Assembly: GCA_031370005.1 (NCBI GenBank)
Contig: JANMPT010000016.1
Coordinates: forward strand, 1-45,846
Reading direction: 5' to 3'
Length of the DNA stretch: 45,846 nt
Origin: Bdellovibrionales bacterium
Lineage (GTDB): Bacteria > Bdellovibrionota > Bdellovibrionia > Bdellovibrionales > Bdellovibrionaceae
Shown: positions 37,416 through 44,975 of the stretch, piece by piece
How positions within the stretch are numbered: the stretch's first letter is position 1
How the letters are laid out: the number at the start of each line of letters is the position of its first letter
Translations under genes and position numbers: made by a program
The notes under the pieces: model-generated
Told to the model about the DNA's origin: nothing
Databases searched by the model: none
The model's input: only the letters and a program-made list of their open reading frames with translations

Positions 37416-38078
37416 TTATAGGTTCGGAGTGGTCGCGTGAATGAGCATTTGCTTCCCAGGTTTAAAAGGGGATAGCAGCCATAACTTCACCAGCCAAGAG
37501 GTGATCGGCAGCCTTGAATCCTTCACTGAAAAGGGCATAAATCTTGGGTGCACGAATTTCACTTGGTAACCACAGGACGAAAGCCAATCAGAAATCGAGC
37601 GGTCGGAAATGGGAGTAATATGAGTGTAGTCATCGAAATACTCCTTACTACAAAAACGATAGTTCGGCATAAATATCAGGAGTGAGCCGCCGGGCTTTAA
37701 TAGGTTTTTACAGTCCAAAAAAAACTCAGTCACTTGATCCCGGGTCAGATGTTCTAGCAAGTTGCTGGAAAAAATCCAGTCAAAGTCATGGGCCTTAAAA
37801 GAGCTCTTTAGATCCGAAGTGAGACCAGCTTTAAAATCCACGCTTGGATCTAAGAATGTTTTCATTTCGGAGTTGGCATCTAGGGCGGATTTTCGGTTTG
37901 TTTGAATATGATTGATAAAGTCGCCAAAGCCACAGCCGACGTCTAAGACATGGCCCTGGATCTGAAACTTTTTTTGCAAGTAAGGCGCAAACACCTTCCA
38001 AACTAGGCTTCTTTTTGAATCTAAACTGTATCGAGTCTGGGTGTAAGCGGATGTATAAGTGCTGTTTTTTTCATTCAT
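37416..38078 (-). CDS. class I SAM-dependent methyltransferase
   Basis: VLDVGCGFG, SNLLEHL, LKPGG, DDYTH. Confidence 0.9.
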   Translation of the reverse strand: MNEKNSTYTSAYTQTRYSLDSKRSLVWKVFAPYLQKKFQIQGHVLDVGCGFGDFINHIQTNRKSALDANSEMKTFLDPSVDFKAGLTSDLKSSFKAHDFDWIFSSNLLEHLTRDQVTEFFLDCKNLLKPGGSLLIFMPNYRFCSKEYFDDYTHITPISDRSISDWLSSCGYQVKFVHPRFMPFSVKDSRLPITSWLVKLWLLSPFKPGKQMLIHATTPNL

Positions 38079-38120
38079 CTACATGGACCTTGGTGGGCTT
38101 TTAAGTTATTATTCCAATTA

Positions 38121-39434
38121 ATGTCTGAAAATCAAATTATTCACTCTTTTGACGCCACTTTTTCTGTTCAAGGGGAACTCTATACCACAGAGAAGTATCG
38201 TGATCTTTACACGGCCATGACGCAGAAGTCTTTTATTTCTCGAGGGGCCGGAGTTAGTTACCCTTTGGCGAGTGCGGGCGAAGGGGTTCGTTCGATTGTG
38301 AGTTTGCAGTTCAACCGGATTCTTGAATTCAACTCTGTTACAGGCGTGGTCAAGGTGGAGAGCGGTCTTTCAGTGGGTGAGCTCTTGAGATTTCTCTCCC
38401 ACAGAGGATGGTGGCTTCCGACAATCCCGGGACATCCCTCGATCACTATTGGCGGCTGTGTGGCAGCCAATGTGCATGGGAAAAGTCAATTTCATAGTGG
38501 GCTTTTTGCTGACTCCGTTTTAGAAATGGAATTGTTTCATCCAAAATATGGGAAAATAAATTGCATTCCCGGATCTCTAGATTTTAAGCTCACTGCCGGG
38601 GGCTTTGGCTTGACTGGGCATATTCTCTCCGTGTCTATTCAGTGCGTGCCCTTAGAGGGAAAGTCCCTGGTTAAAACGGCGCGTCCATGTGCGAACATCT
38701 TTGAGTGCGTTGAGCTGATGTTGAATGAAAAAGACCGCTATCATCAGGTCTATTCTTGGAATGATCTGAATAAAAAAAATGAAAAATTTGGAGCAGGTTA
38801 TGTTTACTGTGAAAAGCTAGAGGCAGAGGCAACTGAGGATCTTTCTGAGTTCAGTGTTTTGTCTGCCCCACCAAGAAAAGGTTGGACTGAGCAATTCTTT
38901 GCGTTGGTGCTGAAAAATCAAATCAGTCGGGTCTATGCACTAAAGGAGGCTCTAGCCCCTAGATCCCAACGCTTAGGGCTTCTAGCGGGAGCATTTCCTA
39001 TTCATGGCAAGGAAATATACCATCGTTTGTTTGGTAAAGAGGGCTTATTAGAGTCTCAAATTATTATTCCAACTTCAGAATTAAAGCCAGTTATGGAAAA
39101 GTTATCTCGTGCCATTGCCGAGTTTGGTCAGCCGGTTTCCCTGGGCTCATTAAAAATATTTCGTGGTCAACAAAGTTATATCAACTTTTTGACTGATGGA
39201 ATTTGCTTGGCCTTGAACGTTCCGAATTCACCAAAAGCTTTGGTTTTATTCCAAAAGATCGATCAGATTTGTATGGATCATCAGTGTCTGCCGAATATCG
39301 CAAAGGACAGTCGTCTCTCGAAAGAGGTCATTGCGGCTACTTACGAAGGCCACAGTTTATTTGTAAAAGACATTCAAGAGTTTGATTCATCCAGGGCCAT
39401 CAACTCGGCTCTTCGAGTAAGGCTTGGTTTATGA
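38121..39434 (+). CDS. FAD-linked oxidase, DprE1-like (polyprenylphosphoryl-ribose 2'-oxidase)
   Basis: SRGAGVSY, PGHPSITIGGCVAANVHGK, GGFGLTG, SLKIF, AKDSR. Confidence 0.8.
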   Translation: MSENQIIHSFDATFSVQGELYTTEKYRDLYTAMTQKSFISRGAGVSYPLASAGEGVRSIVSLQFNRILEFNSVTGVVKVESGLSVGELLRFLSHRGWWLPTIPGHPSITIGGCVAANVHGKSQFHSGLFADSVLEMELFHPKYGKINCIPGSLDFKLTAGGFGLTGHILSVSIQCVPLEGKSLVKTARPCANIFECVELMLNEKDRYHQVYSWNDLNKKNEKFGAGYVYCEKLEAEATEDLSEFSVLSAPPRKGWTEQFFALVLKNQISRVYALKEALAPRSQRLGLLAGAFPIHGKEIYHRLFGKEGLLESQIIIPTSELKPVMEKLSRAIAEFGQPVSLGSLKIFRGQQSYINFLTDGICLALNVPNSPKALVLFQKIDQICMDHQCLPNIAKDSRLSKEVIAATYEGHSLFVKDIQEFDSSRAINSALRVRLGL

Positions 39435-40183
39435 AGCCGCCAACAGCTTTGATCTTAGGCGGTTCATCAGGTTTGGGGCGGGCACTGGCTACCTTGTTGG
39501 CATCAAAGGGCTATGGGCTAGCTTTGATATCCCGCGATCAAAAGGATCTTCAAGCGATGCAGTCGTCTTTGCAAACACAGCACGGTAGCCAGGTTTTTAT
39601 TTATGCAATAGATTTGTTGGACTCAGGACTTAATATTGAGAACATCATTGCAAAGGTTGCTGAGGACTTAGGGAGCATCGAATATGCCTTTTTGGTTGCT
39701 GGCGGAAGCTTTTCGGGGGACGAAAAGGTGCCATCAGAAGCTGCCTTCAGTATGTCCTTGCGCCTGAACTTTGAGGCGATAGGTCTTTTTATGAATGCCA
39801 TTCTCTCCCTTAGAGCCAAGACCGCCTGTCGGTCGATTCTGGTAGTTTCAAGTATTGCGGCAGTGGCTCCACGAAGTCAGAACAGTTCCTATTCCGCTGC
39901 TAAAAAGGCCCTCGAAAACTATGCCATATCTTTGCGACATTATTGTTTTCAGGCAAATATTTTTACTAAGATTCAAGTCGTGCGATTGGGTTACATGGAG
40001 TCTGGATTTACTCGGGGGAAGACTTTGTTGTTTCCAATTTCCAAGCCTGAGGCTGTGGCAAAATTCCTATTCAAGATGAAGGATCGGGACTATGGCCTTC
40101 GGGTTTTTCCCAGATTCTGGGGTATCATACTTTTTGTCTTAACAAAACTGCCCTGGGCGATTTATAAAAGACTTCGTTTTTAG
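39431..40183 (+). CDS. short-chain dehydrogenase, DprE2-like
   Basis: GGSSGLG, VSSIA, YSAAK, VRLGYMES; overlaps the DprE1-like gene (ATGA). Confidence 0.75.
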   Translation: MKPPTALILGGSSGLGRALATLLASKGYGLALISRDQKDLQAMQSSLQTQHGSQVFIYAIDLLDSGLNIENIIAKVAEDLGSIEYAFLVAGGSFSGDEKVPSEAAFSMSLRLNFEAIGLFMNAILSLRAKTACRSILVVSSIAAVAPRSQNSSYSAAKKALENYAISLRHYCFQANIFTKIQVVRLGYMESGFTRGKTLLFPISKPEAVAKFLFKMKDRDYGLRVFPRFWGIILFVLTKLPWAIYKRLRF

Positions 40184-40301
40184 GAGTTGGTTAATGTACC
40201 TAAAAAGTTCATGGCCTTCTAGCCCCTGAAGCGATTTTTCGGGCTGAAGTGTGATTAGGAATTAGAAGTCAGCGAAAAAGAATTGGCAAAAAAGTTGCCG
40301 C

Positions 40302-40574
40302 TTAGAGACGTTTGAGTTGCTTGTAGGCATCACCGTCATTGCGACGTCCGACTAAAACGATGATTAAAAGAATGTTGTCGCGCACGTAGTAGATGACGCG
40401 ATATTCGCCGACGCTCGTTCGTCGATATTGTTCGAAGCCTTTTAGACGAATGGAGTCCTGCGGCTCTGGATTGGTGCGCAGTTCAAGAATCTTAGAGGTG
40501 ATTTGGCGCTTCTGTTTTGCCGGTAAGGTGTCGATGAACTTGTCTGCGCGCTTAGAAATCTCAATCTTTAGCAT
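40302..40574 (-). CDS. RelE/ParE-family toxin
   Basis: 90 aa, basic; ISKRADKF, NPEPQDSIRLKG, RTSVGEYRVIY, VGRRND. Confidence 0.9.
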   Translation of the reverse strand: MLKIEISKRADKFIDTLPAKQKRQITSKILELRTNPEPQDSIRLKGFEQYRRTSVGEYRVIYYVRDNILLIIVLVGRRNDGDAYKQLKRL

Positions 40575-40842
40575 TCATCCACTTCGCCAGGCGCTTTTCG
40601 CTTTCCTCTTGTCCTAAGAAGCCCTCGCTCGCAGCCTCATCAGCCTGTCGCGCCCACATAGCATCTTCCATCGACTCCAGACGCTCGTACTCTTCAGTAG
40701 AGATCACCACGGCAACAGGGCGCCCGTTCTTTATGATCTTCACTGGCTTTGATTGTGCGTTATCAAGGAGTTCGCCGAAGAGTGTCTTTGCGGCGGTCGC
40801 GTCGAATGATCCATCTGCGTTTTTTTTGGCTTTAGCGCCCAT
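40561..40842 (-). CDS. Phd/YefM-family antitoxin
   Basis: ATAAKTLFGELLD, PVKIIKNGRPVAVVISTEEY. Confidence 0.9.
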   Translation of the reverse strand: MGAKAKKNADGSFDATAAKTLFGELLDNAQSKPVKIIKNGRPVAVVISTEEYERLESMEDAMWARQADEAASEGFLGQEESEKRLAKWMNAKD

Positions 40843-40862
40843 GATAACACCTCAGTTTAATT

Positions 40863-40892
40863 ATATTAACCGTTTTGATCGAAATGGTCAAT
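40863..40892 (-). promoter_or_regulatory. phd-relE promoter with an overlapping inverted-repeat operator
   Basis: Minus strand TTGACC-17-TAATAT; imperfect IR ATTAACCGTTTTG / CGAAATGGTCAAT at 40865-40892. Confidence 0.6.
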
Positions 40893-41030
40893 ATCAAAGT
40901 AACTGGCAAGTGATATTGAGTTAAAACGACGCAACATTGCGAAACTGTTTAATTAATTGCCGCTTAACTAATTGGGGGTTCTAATTCTGAAAGAGTTAAG
41001 CCAGACTCTAGATGTTTCTCGGCCAGCGGT

Positions 41031-41261
41031 TTGCTCTCGCTAGGGTGGCTTGATTTAGCTACCAAAGAACCAATTCGTATCCAGCGCAGGGCTGGCGATT
41101 CGTTTATCTTACTTAATGAAATGGCTTATCAGGAAATGCAGCAGGAGCTATTGTCTTTGCAACGGCGTCTCTTTGGGATGTCAGAAGTTGTTTCCGGCAA
41201 AACTAATGAATATAAAATCGGTGATCGCTCTCGCCTGAATCGCTTAACAAAAAAGAAATAG
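41031..41261 (+). pseudogene. 5'-truncated Phd/YefM-like antitoxin
   Basis: LDLATKEPIRIQRRAGDSFILLNEMAY matches the second half of a Phd fold; the first strand and helix and an RBS are missing. Confidence 0.55.
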
Positions 41262-41267
41262 CTCATC

Positions 41268-41601
41268 GTGGACAAGTTTATATTTTCAGACAACTACAAC
41301 AAAAATTTAGAACGTGTAGAGGACTACATCCTTGAGTCGGCTGAATCCATTGATAATGTTTTCGAATTTCTTGATCAACATGACAAAGTACTTCAGTTCA
41401 TCGAACAGAATCCAACAACTGCAGCAGCTCACCCTACAACAGGAGATCAATCCTGGGTTTTCGGTGATGGACGGTACAGAATTTTCTTTAAATGTACTGG
41501 CTCTGGATCTGATAATCTATTTGGTTCACATCATCGACAACAAAGAACTCAATAAAAGCGTTTATCCCGGAAACAAGATTCCGACATATGACGAGGAATA
41601 A
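41268..41601 (+). pseudogene. frameshifted ParE/RelE-like toxin
   Basis: One frame gives MDKFIFSDNYNKNLERVEDYI...GRYRIFFK; the +1 frame gives IIYLVHIIDNKELN...DEE*. The shift lies near 41490-41510. Confidence 0.65.
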
Positions 41602-41665
41602 AGAGTAATGTAACTTTGGCCAATCTTTACTTTGCCAAATATATTTAGGCCCAATTAGCCTCCTT
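41602..41665 (-). pseudogene. 5' fragment of a Fic/DUF4172-family gene
   Basis: Minus strand AAGGAGG, then PKYIWQSKDWPKLHYS, matching the YIWQxxDWP N-terminal signature. Confidence 0.55.
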
Positions 41666-41787
41666 TATTGGGTCATAAAATGGCCCGATTGTATAAGTAT
41701 CCAGCGCGATATCTCTATTAAGTATTTGTTTTTATAGGATAAATTATGTTTATTAGCTCACTCTCAAGTGGCTCGCGAAAAGTGCTG

Positions 41788-41823
41788 ATAGGAATTGCGT
41801 AAAATCATATTTTCCTATATTAT
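41788..41823 (+). promoter_or_regulatory. sigma70 promoter with a flanking inverted repeat
   Basis: TTGCGT-17-TATTAT; ATAGGAA...TTCCTAT IR at 41788-41818. Confidence 0.55.
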
Positions 41824-41841
41824 TAAAAAGTGGAGGTTTCT

Positions 41842-42114
41842 ATGGGTCTCAAACAAGCAAAGCTTTTAATGGTTCCCGCAAATGGCCAGATTAGCATTGG
41901 GAAGTCATGGGCTGGTCGACAGATCATTGTTGAACAGGTCGGTAATAATGAGATTAGAATCTCTGCGGGGACGTTTGTACCGGACTCTCAAAAGGCCTTC
42001 TTCACCAAAGAAGCAAAGGCATCTCTTGAGGCTTTTAACGAGTGGGAAGGCAAGAAGCCCGCTAAGGCCACTAATACAAAAGCATTATTTGCTTCATTGA
42101 GAAAGAAAAAGTAG
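41842..42114 (+). CDS. putative antitoxin with AbrB/MazE-like N-terminus
   Basis: RBS GGAGG; LLMVPANGQISIGKSWAGRQIIVE swapped-hairpin pattern. Confidence 0.65.
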   Translation: MGLKQAKLLMVPANGQISIGKSWAGRQIIVEQVGNNEIRISAGTFVPDSQKAFFTKEAKASLEAFNEWEGKKPAKATNTKALFASLRKKK

Positions 42115-42117
42115 ATC

Positions 42118-42516
42118 GTGAATCGTGAGACGGGTCAGAAACAGTTAAAGAAGAAGCGTCAAGCCGTCTCTACACAGCACGAATTGGTTGAGTGTGATTT
42201 GGAGTGGCCGCGCCTGATAAAAGACCTTGGTAATCTTGAAGCGGATGAACTCAACCAGGTAGAAGGCAGTATCGACAAAATTAAAAAGATGACCTGGGAT
42301 CAGGTTTATAAGACCCCGTCGAAGTCTCAAAAGCGTGGGTTGAACTGGGAGCCTATTGATGGGCAAGTTACCAAGTCATGTAAAACGATTGCCTCTATTA
42401 GAATTTCTAAGAGATTCCGAGCCCGCGTTTGTCGTGACGGAAGATACATGCGTTTTATTTCGCTACATCCAGATCATGACAGCGCTTACGATGAATCGGG
42501 CGGAGAAGACATCTAG
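42118..42516 (+). CDS. putative RelE-superfamily toxin
   Basis: GLNWEPI, SIRISKRFRA, FISLHPDHDSAY; 3 nt downstream of the antitoxin. Confidence 0.65.
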   Translation: MNRETGQKQLKKKRQAVSTQHELVECDLEWPRLIKDLGNLEADELNQVEGSIDKIKKMTWDQVYKTPSKSQKRGLNWEPIDGQVTKSCKTIASIRISKRFRARVCRDGRYMRFISLHPDHDSAYDESGGEDI

Positions 42517-42561
42517 GAGCGTTGATATGTGCTTATTTGAAAATGAGTTGGATTCTTCAGG

Positions 42562-42630
42562 GGTAGGTATCTGAGAGTCGTGACACTCAGTGACGGCGAA
42601 ACGATTCACAATGCGTTTCCGGATCGTAAT
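42562..42630 (+). pseudogene. 3' fragment of a small RelE-like toxin (type normally paired with DUF2283 antitoxins)
   Basis: Reads GRYLRVVTLSDGETIHNAFPDRN with no upstream part and no partner gene. Confidence 0.55.
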
Positions 42631-42789
42631 TCTAATCTTCAAAATAGCGCCCTGTTTTCTTGGCTCTGGAAAATAAATTTTATCCGATTATTGAACATGC
42701 GCGGACGCCTACTAAGCTCCAGCCTTAATCCTGGAAGTCATGCTTCTTGCTGATGGATAAAGGCTTATATGAAGAATAAACAAAAGAAG

Positions 42790-42828
42790 TTGCAAAACAA
42801 CAGCGCCTCCACTATAATGGAGGTGCTG
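42790..42828 (+). promoter_or_regulatory. sigma70 promoter with an operator enclosing the -10 element
   Basis: TTGCAA-17-TATAAT; IR CAGCGCCTCCA (42801-42811) / TGGAGGTGCTG (42818-42828). Confidence 0.7.
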
Positions 42829-43173
42829 GATCAGCCCATCGAGGTCATCGTTTATGAAACCCTGGCGGGAGAGCAACCATTTAATGAATGGTTGAATTTA
42901 CTAGATAAGTCCGTCAGAGGAAGAGTTGACGCCAGGATTGATCGGCTTGCCCATGGCAATCGGGGGCACGTTAAGTCGCTTAAAGATGGAATGGCTGAAT
43001 TAAAGCTCAAAGTTGGGCCTGGTTACCGGGTTTATTTCGCTGAAATTGGAAGGCAAGTTGTACTTTTAATTTCGGGGGGAGACAAATCCTCACAGTCAGA
43101 TGATATAAAAAGAGCGAAAGAGTATTTGAAAGATTACCGAGGTCGTTATGGCAGCAAAAAAAGTAAATTCTAG
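42823..43173 (+). CDS. addiction-module killer protein (HigB/RelE family, TIGR02683-like)
   Basis: PFNEWL, ARIDRLAHGNRG, ELKLKVGPGYRVYF, GGDKSSQSDDIKRA. Start uncertain (42817, 42823 or 42826). Confidence 0.88.
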   Translation: MLDQPIEVIVYETLAGEQPFNEWLNLLDKSVRGRVDARIDRLAHGNRGHVKSLKDGMAELKLKVGPGYRVYFAEIGRQVVLLISGGDKSSQSDDIKRAKEYLKDYRGRYGSKKSKF

Positions 43174-43474
43174 AAAATTGAAAACTTGGTCCGAGCTTAA
43201 AAAAGAACGCTTCAAGAGAGATCCAGTGGAGGCGATTGAATATCTTAATGCTTCCTTTGAGCAGAACTCCGATATGCCAGAGGCTATTGCTGAGGCGATT
43301 CGGGTAGTGTCTGAATCTTTGGGCTTGTCCCCTGAACAAATAGCCAAAAAAGCCAACATGGCCCCCTCGACGATTCATAAAGCTTTGGGGAGATCTGGAA
43401 ATCCAACCCTGGGGACTCTTACCGCAGTTCTAAAGACCATGGGTCTGAAGATCACGGTAAAAAAGGCGTCTTAA
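43148..43474 (+). CDS. addiction-module antidote (HigA-like HTH, TIGR02684-like)
   Basis: EYLNASF, IAKKANMAPSTIHKAL, GNPTLGTLTAVLKTMGL. Confidence 0.88.
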   Translation: MAAKKVNSRKLKTWSELKKERFKRDPVEAIEYLNASFEQNSDMPEAIAEAIRVVSESLGLSPEQIAKKANMAPSTIHKALGRSGNPTLGTLTAVLKTMGLKITVKKAS

Positions 43475-43522
43475 TTGTCCAATTGGAGTGCACCACAAGG
43501 AACATCAGGCTTTGTTCGATGA

Positions 43523-44671
43523 TTATACCCATTTATCGGCTGTTGTTAAAAATTTCTCGATGGGGATAACTTGGACATCTTTGAAGATTTTTGTTTCGGC
43601 TCCCCCATAAAGCATCATCAAGTTTGCTTTAGGGTAATCCTTTTTGAATTCTAAAAGCCCTTCAAAGTCTGAATCTCGCAAGCGTGAGCCAGATTTTACT
43701 TCGATAGCATGAAGTCCTCGCTGGCCGTATAAGATGAAGTCGACTTCAATATGGTTTTTCGTATGCCAAAAATTAACTTTGTATTCCCACTCTTGATATT
43801 CATTTCGCGCTAGCAGCTCCTGAAGAACCAGCGTTTCCACAGCCGCTCCTAAAATCTCTGAATCTGAATCAAGAGGGCCACGAGGGCGGATTTGCTGAAA
43901 GACCCCGGCATCAAAGAAGTAAAACTTTTTGTGTTTAATCAATTCCCGTTTTGCCCTCAAAGAAAAGACATCCAGAGTATGGGCCAACATGAGGTCTTCT
44001 AAAATTTGAAAAAAATTGGTGACAGTCTTTCGCTCCACCGAACAATCGGCGCTGACATTGGAATAATTCAATATTTGCCCTTGGGAAAAACTGGCAGCTT
44101 CTAAGAAACGTGCAAAAGTACCAACGTTTCTCACCAATCCCTCTTGCTGAACTTCCTCTTTGAGATAGGTTGCAACATAGGATGCTAGAAAATCTTTGTA
44201 CTCATCCTCCAAATACGCTTTAGGTAGCATTCCTGATTTGAGGGCCCGCTTGATGTCAAACCTATCCCCTAGCTCCAGGGCCGTCAGCGGATAGGAGTGT
44301 TGAGAGTGTGCCCGACCAGCTAAGAGATTGGCTCCCGCTCTTTTAAGCTTTCTGGCGCTAGATCCCGTTAATACGAAGCGAATTTTTTTCTCTTCAATGA
44401 GGCGATGAACTTCATCTAGTAATGCCGGAATTTTTTGAATCTCATCAATAACCACCCAGTCTCTATGTTTTGATGGAATCAGCAGTTCCAAACGGCTCGG
44501 ATTTGCCAGCAGAGACTGATAGGTCTGATCTTCAAGCAGATTAATGTAAAGGCACTTCTCAAAAGTTGTACGAATGAAGGAGGATTTTCCTGTGCCTCGT
44601 GGGCCTAAGAGGAAAAAGCTATTGTTTTTCGGGTATTTAAATGATCGGCCAATAAAATTTATGGAATTCAT
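43523..44671 (-). CDS. second AAA+ ATPase (AAA_14) with DUF4143
   Basis: GPRGTGKS, VIDEIQK, TGSSARKL, KFYFFDAG, EVDFI...AIEVK. Confidence 0.9.
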   Translation of the reverse strand: MNSINFIGRSFKYPKNNSFFLLGPRGTGKSSFIRTTFEKCLYINLLEDQTYQSLLANPSRLELLIPSKHRDWVVIDEIQKIPALLDEVHRLIEEKKIRFVLTGSSARKLKRAGANLLAGRAHSQHSYPLTALELGDRFDIKRALKSGMLPKAYLEDEYKDFLASYVATYLKEEVQQEGLVRNVGTFARFLEAASFSQGQILNYSNVSADCSVERKTVTNFFQILEDLMLAHTLDVFSLRAKRELIKHKKFYFFDAGVFQQIRPRGPLDSDSEILGAAVETLVLQELLARNEYQEWEYKVNFWHTKNHIEVDFILYGQRGLHAIEVKSGSRLRDSDFEGLLEFKKDYPKANLMMLYGGAETKIFKDVQVIPIEKFLTTADKWV

Positions 44672-44711
44672 AATTCCATTATTTCAGGTAAAACGGAATA
44701 GTCAATTCCTA
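44661..44711 (-). promoter_or_regulatory. tandem palindromic operators (period 32) overlapping a probable leaderless promoter
   Basis: ATGGAAT-N5-ATTCCAT (44661-44679) and ACGGAAT-N5-ATTCCTA (44693-44711); minus strand TTGACT-16-AATAAT with a TGn extension, 6 nt before the ATG. Confidence 0.6.
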
Positions 44712-44861
44712 AATTTTTTACTTCGTGCTCAGAATCAAGGCTTTTATTCTCGGGACCACCCGATAGACCTCAAGAGTTTCTTCGATAAAATTCCCCACGA
44801 TCTGATCTTAAAACTGGGAACAAGTCTGTAAGTGCCTAAAAGTACAGGATAAATTAAAATG

Positions 44862-44965
44862 TAAAATAATTATAAATTATATCTAAAAAATCCGATAAAA
44901 TAGGGTATAATTAGATATAAATAATAATTTTAGTTATATTCTATATATATATTTAATATATTAAA
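44862..44965 (+). promoter_or_regulatory. very AT-rich abiE promoter region with inverted repeats
   Basis: TTATATCTAA (44877-44886) / TTAGATATAA (44911-44920); TATAAT at 44906; palindrome TTTAATATATTAAA at 44952-44965. Confidence 0.5.
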
Positions 44966-44975
44966 AGGGGTATTT

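Noticed and set aside
40184..40300. Possible XRE-HTH remnant (ELEVSEKELAKKL) after the SDR gene
   Set aside because: Only about 13 residues, interrupted by stops; cannot be distinguished from chance.
40962..41001. Canonical integron attC / superintegron interpretation of the TA array
   Set aside because: Too short, no clear L boxes, not repeated after the other modules, modules in mixed orientation, and no intI in the window.
44574..44831. 85-aa plus-strand ORF and short minus-strand frames between DUF4143 and abiEi
   Set aside because: Overlaps the ATPase start and its operators and has no recognisable motif; may be debris but cannot be assigned.
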